Below are positions 49,911-58,109 of a DNA stretch of 64,000 bases, piece by piece. Source of the stretch: Patescibacteria group bacterium (GTDB lineage: Bacteria > Patescibacteriota > Patescibacteriia > UBA1558 > UBA10009); NCBI GenBank assembly GCA_041662565.1, contig JBAZSE010000004.1, positions 7,398 through 71,397 on the forward strand. Direction: 5' to 3'. The notes beneath the pieces are model-generated. The model had not been told where the DNA came from and did not search any database. It saw only the letters and a list, made by a program, of their open reading frames with translations. The position numbers were made by a program, and so were the translations under genes. Each line of letters starts with the position of its first letter. Within the stretch, counting starts at the first letter, position 1.

Positions 49911-51000
49911 AACCATCCCCTTTTTTGATTACCTACGGCAATACCGCATAATTAAACCAAAACTGAATATAGTTTTTGAGCGTGTTCTGGCTTCAGGCCA
50001 GCTTATTTTAGGACCAGAAGCGAAAAAGCTGGAAATTAATTTTGCCAAATATTTGGGCGCTAGACATGCCATAGGAGTTAATTCAGGCACCGATGCCTTA
50101 AAAATCGGCCTAAAGGCCTTAAAAATTGGCTCTGGAGACGAAGTTATTACGGTGGCTAACACCTTTATCGCCACAATTAGCGCCATTAGAGAGACGGGCG
50201 CAAAGCCGGTTTTCGTTGATATTAAGAATGACTTTACCATAAACGAAAAATTGATTGCCAAGGCCATTACCAAAAAAACCAAGGCAATCTTGCCGGTTCA
50301 TTTATACGGCCAGGCGGCCAATATGCCGACCATTATGGCGATTGCCAAAAAATATAAACTCAAAGTCATAGAAGATTGCGCTCAGTCCGTAGGCGCTAAA
50401 ATTGGTTCAAAATACACCGGCAGTTTTGGCCATCTTGCCTGCTTTAGCTTTTATCCCACCAAAAATTTAGGAGCTTATGGCGATGGTGGCATGATTGTTA
50501 CCAACAATAAAAAGCTGGCCCAAATTTGCCGGCAGTTACGCTGTTATGGCACAAGCAAAAAAAACTTTGCTGAACTTGAGGGTTATAATAGCCGTTTAGA
50601 TGAAGTTCAAGCGGCTATCTTGAGTGTTAAACTGAAACATTTAAACAAATGGAACAATCAACGCCACCGGATTGCCGAATATTATCTTAATAATATTCAT
50701 AACCAAAAAATCATACTGCCTCTTATAAAAAATCCGACAGGACATGCGTGGCATTTGTTTGTTGTGCAAGTAAAAAATAGGGATAAATTTATTCATCATC
50801 TTAAAGCAAACAAAATTGATTATGGCATTCATTACCAGTATCCTATTTTTGAGCAAACTGCCTACAAATTTTTGAAGGTCAAAAAAACGGACTTTCCTCA
50901 AACAAGTTCCGTAGCCAAAAAGATCGTTTCTTTACCTATGTTTCCGGAATTAACCAAGGCAGAAATGGCTTATATCGTTAAAAAACTCAATCAGTTTTAG
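49897..51000 (+). CDS. DegT/DnrJ/EryC1-family sugar aminotransferase (FdtB-like)
   Basis: FFDYLRQYR N-terminus, SFYPTKNLGAYGDGG PLP-lysine region. Confidence 0.75.
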   Translation: MSKNKTIPFFDYLRQYRIIKPKLNIVFERVLASGQLILGPEAKKLEINFAKYLGARHAIGVNSGTDALKIGLKALKIGSGDEVITVANTFIATISAIRETGAKPVFVDIKNDFTINEKLIAKAITKKTKAILPVHLYGQAANMPTIMAIAKKYKLKVIEDCAQSVGAKIGSKYTGSFGHLACFSFYPTKNLGAYGDGGMIVTNNKKLAQICRQLRCYGTSKKNFAELEGYNSRLDEVQAAILSVKLKHLNKWNNQRHRIAEYYLNNIHNQKIILPLIKNPTGHAWHLFVVQVKNRDKFIHHLKANKIDYGIHYQYPIFEQTAYKFLKVKKTDFPQTSSVAKKIVSLPMFPELTKAEMAYIVKKLNQF

Positions 51001-52064
51001 CCAAAAAAATCTTCAATGATCTTAACCAGATGTTTGCCTAAAACTTCGGGCGATAGCTTGGTAATAAATGTCTGGTAGCCGTTCCGGGCTATTTTTTTAG
51101 TTAATTCAGGATCATTTTTTAAAATCATTATTTTATCGGCCAAATCCTGCGGATCAGCTGCTTTAACAAAAAGGCAATTTTGGCCATCTGTTAAAATTTC
51201 CCGATTGCTCTTGGAATCGCGGGTAATGTAAGGCAAAGCCAAAGCCAATGACTCAAAGGTTTTATTTTGAATCGTCCGCTCCAGGCGGATATGTTCCGAA
51301 AACTGCCCTAAACAGATATGTGATGCCAACATCTTGGCTCGCAAATCATCATCCGATAAATAGTCGGTAATCAACTCCAGATTGGTAACCTGGAGTGTGG
51401 CGATTTTTTCCTTAACTTTTGGGATATAGGCGCCATGACCGATTAAAATAAATTTGATATGCTCTTTTTCTAACAATTTTGCCGCCTCAATCACGTATTC
51501 CACGCCAGTGGCCGGTAAAAACCAACCCCTAAAAATAACGGTAAATTCTTCAAATTTGGCAATAGCCGGATCAGGGTAAAATAACGCTTCATCGGCACCG
51601 GTAAAAATTACTTTGAATTTTTTAGGATTTGCCAAAAAAAACTTTGTTAAAAATTTTTTTTGTTCTTCGCTTTCCACTAAAATCAAATGGGCTGTTTTAT
51701 AGGCCAGCCAATCAATCAACCAAAAATACAAAGAGTGCAAGGAAATGGGCTTATGTTCCTGCCGATCCAAAATAATGCTTTCGTACTTTGAACACAAGGC
51801 GTTATAAACTACTCTTTTAGAAGAAATTAATCTGGCTAGCGGTGCCATTAAATTGCTTTGATAGCCCACAAACATCAAATCGTAATCATGACGAATTTTC
51901 CAATGCTGTTTAAAAACCCGCCAATATTTTAGCAAGCCGCGAGAATTATCCCAAACCTCCAATACTTCCCAGCCCTGTTGTTTAAGGCCTTTTAAATAAA
52001 CCAAATCTCTGGGCCACCGGGGCTTAGCTAAACCAAAGTAACAAATTTTTAGTGGTTTATTCAT
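50997..52064 (-). CDS. Glycosyltransferase family 4; intact paralogue of the split GT4 at 54995/53461
   Basis: 355 aa, N- and C-terminal Rossmann halves. Its stop codon overlaps the stop of the convergent plus-strand gene (4-nt overlap). Confidence 0.65.
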   Translation of the reverse strand: MNKPLKICYFGLAKPRWPRDLVYLKGLKQQGWEVLEVWDNSRGLLKYWRVFKQHWKIRHDYDLMFVGYQSNLMAPLARLISSKRVVYNALCSKYESIILDRQEHKPISLHSLYFWLIDWLAYKTAHLILVESEEQKKFLTKFFLANPKKFKVIFTGADEALFYPDPAIAKFEEFTVIFRGWFLPATGVEYVIEAAKLLEKEHIKFILIGHGAYIPKVKEKIATLQVTNLELITDYLSDDDLRAKMLASHICLGQFSEHIRLERTIQNKTFESLALALPYITRDSKSNREILTDGQNCLFVKAADPQDLADKIMILKNDPELTKKIARNGYQTFITKLSPEVLGKHLVKIIEDFFG

Positions 52065-52076
52065 AGTGTTATAATT

Positions 52077-52222
52077 GGTGGCATATATTTTATTTTTTCA
52101 CTGCGGAACTCGCCAGTGTACGTCTCGTTGATTCAGCCATTAGCTCCTTTTGTCATTTTACTCCGAACATTTTTTAGAGTGCTCACACAAGTCCTCGTTT
52201 CAAAAATAAAATATATGCCACC
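52077..52222. repeat. Intergenic element with perfect 21-bp terminal inverted repeats (GGTGGCATATATTTTATTTTT ... AAAAATAAAATATATGCCACC) flanking a 104-bp GC-richer core
   Basis: Seen directly. The core contains a CACTG...CAGTG hairpin. On the minus strand it holds a 16-codon micro-ORF (52090-52140) preceded by AAAGGAG. Confidence 0.5.
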
Positions 52223-52233
52223 AGTTTATTAAA

Positions 52234-52887
52234 TTATTTAATAGCAATTTTAACAATAAACCGATAAGCAAACAAACCTGGCCAAATTTTTACCAACTGC
52301 TTAGTGCCCCTGGTTGGCGCGTGATTATCAATTTCAATTATTCGATACCCCGAATCAGCAATCATTTTTTTAAAACTGGCCCACGAAAAAAAATGAATAT
52401 GGCTTTTATCCATAATCCCCTGGTTGGTGTAATTAAACTGGCCAAAAAATATTTTTAAACGATTTTTCCAAAACAATAAATTTGGCACGGTAATTAAAAT
52501 CTCTTTATCTGCCTGAGGCAATTCTTTAAGCTTGATTAATAAGTTTTCCGGTTCAAACAAATGTTCCAAAACTTCCGAAAGCACAATAGCATCGTAATTA
52601 TTTTGCCTTAATTCTTCGGGCCAATTTACAATTTCATCTTCCAGATTGAATTGCCAGGCATTATCCAATACCTGTTTGGCTTCATGCACTGCTTGAGCGG
52701 AAATATCCGTGCCAAAAAATCGGCAGGGCATTAATTTTTTTACCTCTTGGCCTAAAATACCATTACTGCAACCAATATCCAAAATAGTTTTATGAGAGTT
52801 TTGGGTCAACCAGCGAATAATCGCGTTTTTACGGTAATCATTAATTTTATGATACTTGGCGCCTTGATAATATTGATCCAGTGACAT
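52234..52887 (-). CDS. Class I SAM-dependent methyltransferase
   Basis: Motif I ILDIGCSNGILG. Confidence 0.6.
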   Translation of the reverse strand: MSLDQYYQGAKYHKINDYRKNAIIRWLTQNSHKTILDIGCSNGILGQEVKKLMPCRFFGTDISAQAVHEAKQVLDNAWQFNLEDEIVNWPEELRQNNYDAIVLSEVLEHLFEPENLLIKLKELPQADKEILITVPNLLFWKNRLKIFFGQFNYTNQGIMDKSHIHFFSWASFKKMIADSGYRIIEIDNHAPTRGTKQLVKIWPGLFAYRFIVKIAIK

Positions 52888-52894
52888 AAATTGA

Positions 52895-53461
52895 TTAAAA
52901 TAAATCCTTAATTAATTTTTCAGCTATCACAACTGGCCTGCAAAATTGATGGTATAATTTATAACCACCGCTGGCAATTGTTTTTCGTAAATCATGATTG
53001 TTTTTTAATAAAATAATCTTTTCAGCTAAATCTTTGGCATTGGCTCTTTGGCATAATAAAATATTATTTTGATCGTAAAACAATTCTTTTATCGCCGGGG
53101 TATTGGCTGTAATCACCGGTTTAACGCAGGCAATGGCTTCGTATATTTTATTAGGAATTACTCTCAAAGTTTTTTCGGTTTCTCCAAAAATTCCCAAGCA
53201 CAGATCATATTTTTTTATCCGCAAGGGCATTTCAATAAATGGCACTTGTCCGGCAAAACAAATATTTGTTAAACCGAGTTTTTTTGCTAATGAAATTGAT
53301 TCTTGATATGTTTGTCCGTCACCGATTAACTCAAAATTGATATCAGAATCAAATTCTAAAATTTTAGCCGCCTCAATTATATAAGGCACCCCCTGTAACG
53401 GGATAACCTTGCCCCAAAATCCGACTATGAATTTTTTGCTTAAATTAATCTCTCTTTCCAT
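52895..53461 (-). CDS. C-terminal (Glycos_transf_1) half of a split GT4 glycosyltransferase
   Basis: 188 aa. Aligns along its length with the C-terminal domain of the 50997-52064 GT4 (IEAAKILE/IEAAKLLE, LKNNHDLRK/LKNDPELTK). ATG start; overlaps the 3' end of the epimerase gene by 22 nt. Confidence 0.6.
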   Translation of the reverse strand: MEREINLSKKFIVGFWGKVIPLQGVPYIIEAAKILEFDSDINFELIGDGQTYQESISLAKKLGLTNICFAGQVPFIEMPLRIKKYDLCLGIFGETEKTLRVIPNKIYEAIACVKPVITANTPAIKELFYDQNNILLCQRANAKDLAEKIILLKNNHDLRKTIASGGYKLYHQFCRPVVIAEKLIKDLF

Positions 53462-54480
53462 GTTCGTGGGGTATCAACTGTTTCAAGCTCCAAATTATCC
53501 AAATACTTGGGTTGCTCATAACCCACTTCCCTAGCCCAAACCAACATTTGCCTTAAGCCATCCCTTAAGGGAGTTTTGGGTTCATAATTAAGCAACTGCT
53601 TGGCTTTTTGATTGGAAGAAAAAGCATTTTTAACTTCTTGAGGCCTATCCGGCAAATGAATAGGATCAAATTTAGCCCTATCTTCGGCTTGAGGAAAAAA
53701 TTCTTCCAAAATGATATTGGATAATTCATTAATGGTAATTTCTTCTTCCGGACCGATATTAATAATTTCTTGATGCAAATTATCCATAAAACCCGCTTCG
53801 GCCATGGGTGGCACGCAATCATCAATGTAGGTAAATGCCCTTTTTTGATTGCCGTCGCCGTAAATATAGTACGGTTTGTTTTCAAGCAGTTTATTAATAA
53901 AAATGCCAACAACATTACGGTACGGATCGGCTTTATTTTGTCTTGGTCCATAAACATTATGCGGCCGGATAACGGTAAATTCAAAATTATGAACCTCGGC
54001 TAAAATTTTGGTGGCCTGTTCCATAGAGGCCTTAGAGATAGCGTAAATATCTTCCGGCCTGGTGGGCATACTTTCGGTAAACGGCGGTTCTTGATTGCCG
54101 TAAACCGACATGGAGCTAGTTAAGAGCATCTTTTTTAAACCGTTTTTAATGGCGGGAATCAGTAAATTTAAATACGAAAAATAATTCCGTTCCGTGCATT
54201 CTTGAGGTGTAAATTGGCTGCGACCTTCGGTGGCATCGGCTGCCAGATGGTAAATTAAATCGGGCTTAATTTTATTAATGTAATCGGCGGTAGCTTGTTT
54301 ATCACGCAAATCCAAAACCGTAAACTGTGATTTTGGATTAACATTTCTCATGTATCCTCCGGATAAATCATCCAAACCAAAAACATTACAACCTTTGGCA
54401 ATTAAATAATCCACCAAATGGCTGCCCATAAAGCCGGCCGCGCCGGTAACCAATACTCTTTGGTATTTATTGTAATTCAT
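53440..54480 (-). CDS. NAD-dependent sugar epimerase/dehydratase-family protein, located between the two halves of a split GT4
   Basis: VLVTGAAGFMGSHLVDYL, YAISKASME (YxxxK), TSSMSVYG; 346 aa. Confidence 0.7.
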   Translation of the reverse strand: MNYNKYQRVLVTGAAGFMGSHLVDYLIAKGCNVFGLDDLSGGYMRNVNPKSQFTVLDLRDKQATADYINKIKPDLIYHLAADATEGRSQFTPQECTERNYFSYLNLLIPAIKNGLKKMLLTSSMSVYGNQEPPFTESMPTRPEDIYAISKASMEQATKILAEVHNFEFTVIRPHNVYGPRQNKADPYRNVVGIFINKLLENKPYYIYGDGNQKRAFTYIDDCVPPMAEAGFMDNLHQEIINIGPEEEITINELSNIILEEFFPQAEDRAKFDPIHLPDRPQEVKNAFSSNQKAKQLLNYEPKTPLRDGLRQMLVWAREVGYEQPKYLDNLELETVDTPRTWKERLI

Positions 54481-54500
54481 AAAAAATTTCTATTAATATT

Positions 54501-54995
54501 TTATTTAAAAATCGCATCATCGGCGCCAATTAAAACCTTAATAAATTTAGGTCTAGGAAGATCAAAGGTTTTAACAAAATAATCAATATGGGCATTGGTA
54601 TCCAACAGTATTTTATCAGCAAATCGGCAATTTAGCCACTCCATAAGCCAATAATAAAACGCTTTTAAACTAACCGGTTTAACCAGTTGGCGATCATAAA
54701 CATAAGCGTCATACAATGAATAAAAAGCATCCCACACCAATAACTTTTTAAACAACAATCTTAAAGCAATTACTGCCCATCTAGAATCGGAATAGCCAAC
54801 AATAACCAAATCAAACTTTTTCTTACTTGCTTTAAATTCTTGTAACAGTTTGATTTTTGCCGCAATCCCCTTGCCTACTGTGCGAAGCAAAATAACTTCT
54901 TGGCCATTGGCTTTTAGACCGCTAATCAAAACTCGATTGCGGGCATAATTAGGATCAAAATCCCCAAAATAGCAAATTGTTTTTTTATCTGTCAT
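54501..54995 (-). CDS. N-terminal half of a split GT4 glycosyltransferase
   Basis: 164 aa from ATG 54995 (track start 55010 is TTG). Aligns with the N-terminal domain of the 50997-52064 GT4 (ICYFG, VGY, DRQ-KP-SL, WL, GAD-A-F) and ends exactly at the interdomain linker. Confidence 0.6.
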   Translation of the reverse strand: MTDKKTICYFGDFDPNYARNRVLISGLKANGQEVILLRTVGKGIAAKIKLLQEFKASKKKFDLVIVGYSDSRWAVIALRLLFKKLLVWDAFYSLYDAYVYDRQLVKPVSLKAFYYWLMEWLNCRFADKILLDTNAHIDYFVKTFDLPRPKFIKVLIGADDAIFK

Positions 54996-56142
54996 GAAAA
55001 ATAAATTCAATTATTTTTTTGGCCCTTGCTTGCCAGCTAAAACTAAATGAAAGTTCATGCGCAGCTTGGGCTTTTTTTTCAGCCGATTCTTGATTATTAA
55101 ACACCTGCGTTATCACTTTAGCCAAATCCTGAGGATCACTTGGTTTACAAAACCAGGCAGTTTCATCGGTTAAAATTTCTCTAATACTGGGCAAATCAGT
55201 AGCAATAATGGGTTTTGTGGCCGCCAAATATTCAAACATTTTTAACGGCGCCATAAAATATTTATAATGGGCTTTATTAGGAAATGGCATTAGTAAAGCA
55301 TCGGCCGCTTTTTGAAAATAACCCAAACTAGCTTGACTAACATGTGGCAATAATTTTACTTGCTCACCTACACCCAGCAGATCAGCCAATGCCTGGTATT
55401 CCTTAATGCTTTGTTCTGTACCGCCTACGGCTATAAAAAATAATGATTTATCGCTTAATATTTGCAAGGCGTGTAAAATTTCCTTTAAACCCTTATCCTG
55501 ACCCATGGTTTTAAAACTGCCGGTATATAGCAGAATTTTTTTATCAACCAAATTAACCAGATCCAATTTTTTTAAGGCCTGCTCTTTGGAAATATTTAAA
55601 TCAAACAATTCTTTATCCACCCCATGCGGGCAAACTAAAATTTTCTTATCTTCAAAAAAATTTTTAACAAATTCGTGTTTAAGATAGTTATTGGTAACAA
55701 TAATTTTATCCGCATTTTTAATAAGTTTTAGAGCAACATTTTTGCTTTTACCAAACCATTCATGGCTTTCAAAAACCACTTTATAACCCTTGATCTTAAA
55801 TAACCAGGCAATTTCTGGCTTGCGGGTATAAATAACTGCATCCTTATCCAGAGTTAAAAAATACAATTTACTTAAAAAAAACAAACTTTGCAACAGATAA
55901 CTAAATTTTTTTAAATACCGATCAAACTGAATAAAATCAGAGCTGTTGATTTGCCGTAAAGTAAAATTATTTTTTAAATTATAATACGAAACAACATCCT
56001 GGGTTATGGGATTTTTTCTGGTAGGCCAAAGCAAAGTAACATCAGCACCAGCAGCTGCAAATTCGGAGCACATCTTCACTATTTGATGGCCATGGGCTTT
56101 TTCGGTTGGTAACCGTGAATTGGTGATATAAATCAATTTCAT
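54985..56142 (-). CDS. Glycosyltransferase family 4
   Basis: 385 aa, GT-B; C-terminal FPNKAHYKYFMAPLKMFEYLAATKPIIATD. Confidence 0.7.
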   Translation of the reverse strand: MKLIYITNSRLPTEKAHGHQIVKMCSEFAAAGADVTLLWPTRKNPITQDVVSYYNLKNNFTLRQINSSDFIQFDRYLKKFSYLLQSLFFLSKLYFLTLDKDAVIYTRKPEIAWLFKIKGYKVVFESHEWFGKSKNVALKLIKNADKIIVTNNYLKHEFVKNFFEDKKILVCPHGVDKELFDLNISKEQALKKLDLVNLVDKKILLYTGSFKTMGQDKGLKEILHALQILSDKSLFFIAVGGTEQSIKEYQALADLLGVGEQVKLLPHVSQASLGYFQKAADALLMPFPNKAHYKYFMAPLKMFEYLAATKPIIATDLPSIREILTDETAWFCKPSDPQDLAKVITQVFNNQESAEKKAQAAHELSFSFSWQARAKKIIEFIFHDR

Positions 56143-56894
56143 ATTTTACCGTACTTAACTATGCCTTTAAATTGAATCATGCTCACTGGTCGATCAACGG
56201 CATTGCGGGGCATTTCCAGCAAATCAACACCGTGTTTTACCAAACCCGGCTTAACGGTTAGTGCTGTTTTATAAAACTTTCCCGCTGATTTTTTAACCTG
56301 CTCATTGTAACGGCCGGTAGGATAAGCCAAGACAGAAACTTTTTTGCTTAACAATTTTTCCAAAATTATTTGCGATTCACTTAATTCTTCTTCGGCTTTG
56401 GCAATTGCCAATTGATGTAATTTTTGATGATGATGGCAATGTGAGCCAAAATCGATCAAGCCCGATTGATTCATGGCCAAAATTTCTTTCTCCGACAATA
56501 ATGCCAATTTTGATCCTCCTCTCGCCACTCTAAATCCTCCTAAATCGGCAGTATTAACAAAGATGGTAGCCGGAAAGTTATAGCGCTGTAAAATCGGATA
56601 GGCCTCGTTATAATTATCCAAATAACCGTCATCAAAAGTTATCACAACGGTTTTTTTTAAAAAATTGCCGCCCGATTGCAAAATATCCAAACAATCTGCT
56701 AAGCTGATCACTTTAAAATTATTATCAGCCAAATAAGCCATTTGCTGGGCAAAATTAGCCGGAGTTGTTTGAAAAAATTCCCCCTCCTGGCCAATAGAAT
56801 GGTACATTAAAATAATTGCCCTATTTTTAGGATAAGGCAAAACCAATTGGCAAAAAAAATAGATAAGATCTTTAATAATGCTTTTGATAAACAT
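56139..56894 (-). CDS. Polysaccharide deacetylase (NodB/CE4 family)
   Basis: VVITFDDGYLDNYNEAYPILQRYNFPATIF. The track start is TTG (56909); ATG 56894 is preferred. Confidence 0.7.
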   Translation of the reverse strand: MFIKSIIKDLIYFFCQLVLPYPKNRAIILMYHSIGQEGEFFQTTPANFAQQMAYLADNNFKVISLADCLDILQSGGNFLKKTVVITFDDGYLDNYNEAYPILQRYNFPATIFVNTADLGGFRVARGGSKLALLSEKEILAMNQSGLIDFGSHCHHHQKLHQLAIAKAEEELSESQIILEKLLSKKVSVLAYPTGRYNEQVKKSAGKFYKTALTVKPGLVKHGVDLLEMPRNAVDRPVSMIQFKGIVKYGKI

Positions 56895-56992
56895 CAATGA
56901 AAAAGGCAAATTTAAGCTTAATTTTTTCTAAATATCCCAAATATTATAACATTTCCTTATCTTTTTTTAAAGATTGACAAAAACGATATATT

Positions 56993-57619
56993 ATGATAAT
57001 GTGCAAAGAATTGCTTCATTTGAAAAATCATAATAATACTTTTCATTACGGAGGGCTCGTGGGAAAACCACAGATATTGCCAAACGCCGGCGAACACAGA
57101 AAAATCGCCGGTAAGTATGGCAAGTCATTGATTGAGCAGGATTTTGAAAATCCGCACACCGGCCAGATTGAGACCTTTTCTCTGTTAGTTCAGAAGGATT
57201 GGTCTGTTGTTCTGGCCCTTACCTGCGGCAATCAGGTTCTGGTTGTTAACGAATTCAAGCAAGGGCGAAACTCGATCGAACGCGAGTTATCAGCTGGCAC
57301 AGCTGATTTTAACGAATCGCCCAGCGAAGTGATGAAACGCGAACTGTTGCAGGAAACCGGCTACCAAGCTGGCGAACTGATTAGTTTGGGTTTCGGCTGG
57401 ATGGCTACTCGTAATTCGCCTACCAAGGCGCATTTGTTTTTGGCCACCGGCTGCCAAAAAACACAACCAGCCAAACTTGATACCAGTGAGGTTATTGAAA
57501 CCGAACTGATACCCTTGAATGATTGGATCCAATTGGTGGTTGATGGCCAAATCAACGAATGGTCCGCTGTTATGGCAACTGTTCGAGCATTACCCCATCT
57601 TGGACTGCGAATTTCTTAG
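56993..57619 (+). CDS. NUDIX hydrolase; compositionally atypical (about 50% GC against about 35% locally)
   Basis: Nudix box ELSAGTADFNESPSEVMKRELLQETGY. GC counted directly on a 68-nt stretch gave about 53%. The true start may lie downstream of 56993. Confidence 0.65.
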   Translation: MIMCKELLHLKNHNNTFHYGGLVGKPQILPNAGEHRKIAGKYGKSLIEQDFENPHTGQIETFSLLVQKDWSVVLALTCGNQVLVVNEFKQGRNSIERELSAGTADFNESPSEVMKRELLQETGYQAGELISLGFGWMATRNSPTKAHLFLATGCQKTQPAKLDTSEVIETELIPLNDWIQLVVDGQINEWSAVMATVRALPHLGLRIS

Positions 57620-57638
57620 ATTTGACAACAAATCTATT

Positions 57639-57680
57639 ACCAGTAGGAATGCACAATATGCTTCCTACTGGTCTTTTTTT
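57639..57680 (+). terminator. Rho-independent terminator: perfect 11-bp stem (ACCAGTAGGAA/TTCCTACTGGT) followed by CTTTTTTT
   Basis: Seen directly, 20 nt after the NUDIX stop. Confidence 0.6.
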
Positions 57681-57747
57681 ACTAAAATCCCCTTAAAAAC
57701 TTATCCCCAATGCTTTTAATTGGCTAATATTAGCCATTTTTTAGTCC

Positions 57748-57776
57748 TTGACATTCTAATTACACTTAATTAAAAT
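57748..57776 (+). promoter_or_regulatory. Sigma70-like promoter TTGACA-17-TAAAAT upstream of the RHH-cysDN unit
   Basis: Hexamers seen directly, 28 nt upstream of ATG 57805. Confidence 0.4.
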
Positions 57777-57804
57777 ACATTATATAAATTAATCAAATAT
57801 ACTT

Positions 57805-58044
57805 ATGGGCACAAATACCCACAAATATACCACCGTTTCCCTGCCTATCCCCTTAAACGACAAGCTTAAAAAACTGATCGAGCCAACCGGCTTTGCTGCG
57901 GTTTCCAGCTTTGTTACTTATGTTTTAAGGCAGATTGTTTCGGACAGTCAACAAATTGACGCCAAACCGCTCGATTACAGTTTTAACAAGCAGGATGAAG
58001 ATAAAGTCAAAGACCGCTTAAGAAGCTTGGGTTATCTTAAATAA
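57805..58044 (+). CDS. Small ribbon-helix-helix-like (CopG/Arc-type) protein whose C-terminal tail duplicates the CysD C-terminus
   Basis: YTTVSLPIPLNDKLKKLIEPTGFAAVSSFVTYVLRQIV fits the beta-alpha-alpha RHH pattern. Ends ...DRLRSLGYLK; cysD ends ...QKLRSLGYM, with 16 of 18 nt identical. Confidence 0.4.
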   Translation: MGTNTHKYTTVSLPIPLNDKLKKLIEPTGFAAVSSFVTYVLRQIVSDSQQIDAKPLDYSFNKQDEDKVKDRLRSLGYLK

Positions 58045-58109
58045 TTAAAAGTGAGAGAGGTTAGTGACAATTTTTTGCAAACGAACTATAAAATTAATCA
58101 ATCATTTAT

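Noticed and set aside
52090-52140. 16-codon micro-ORF behind AAAGGAG as a separately annotated CDS
   Set aside because: Too short to support on sequence alone. Kept as part of the inverted-repeat element finding rather than as a feature.
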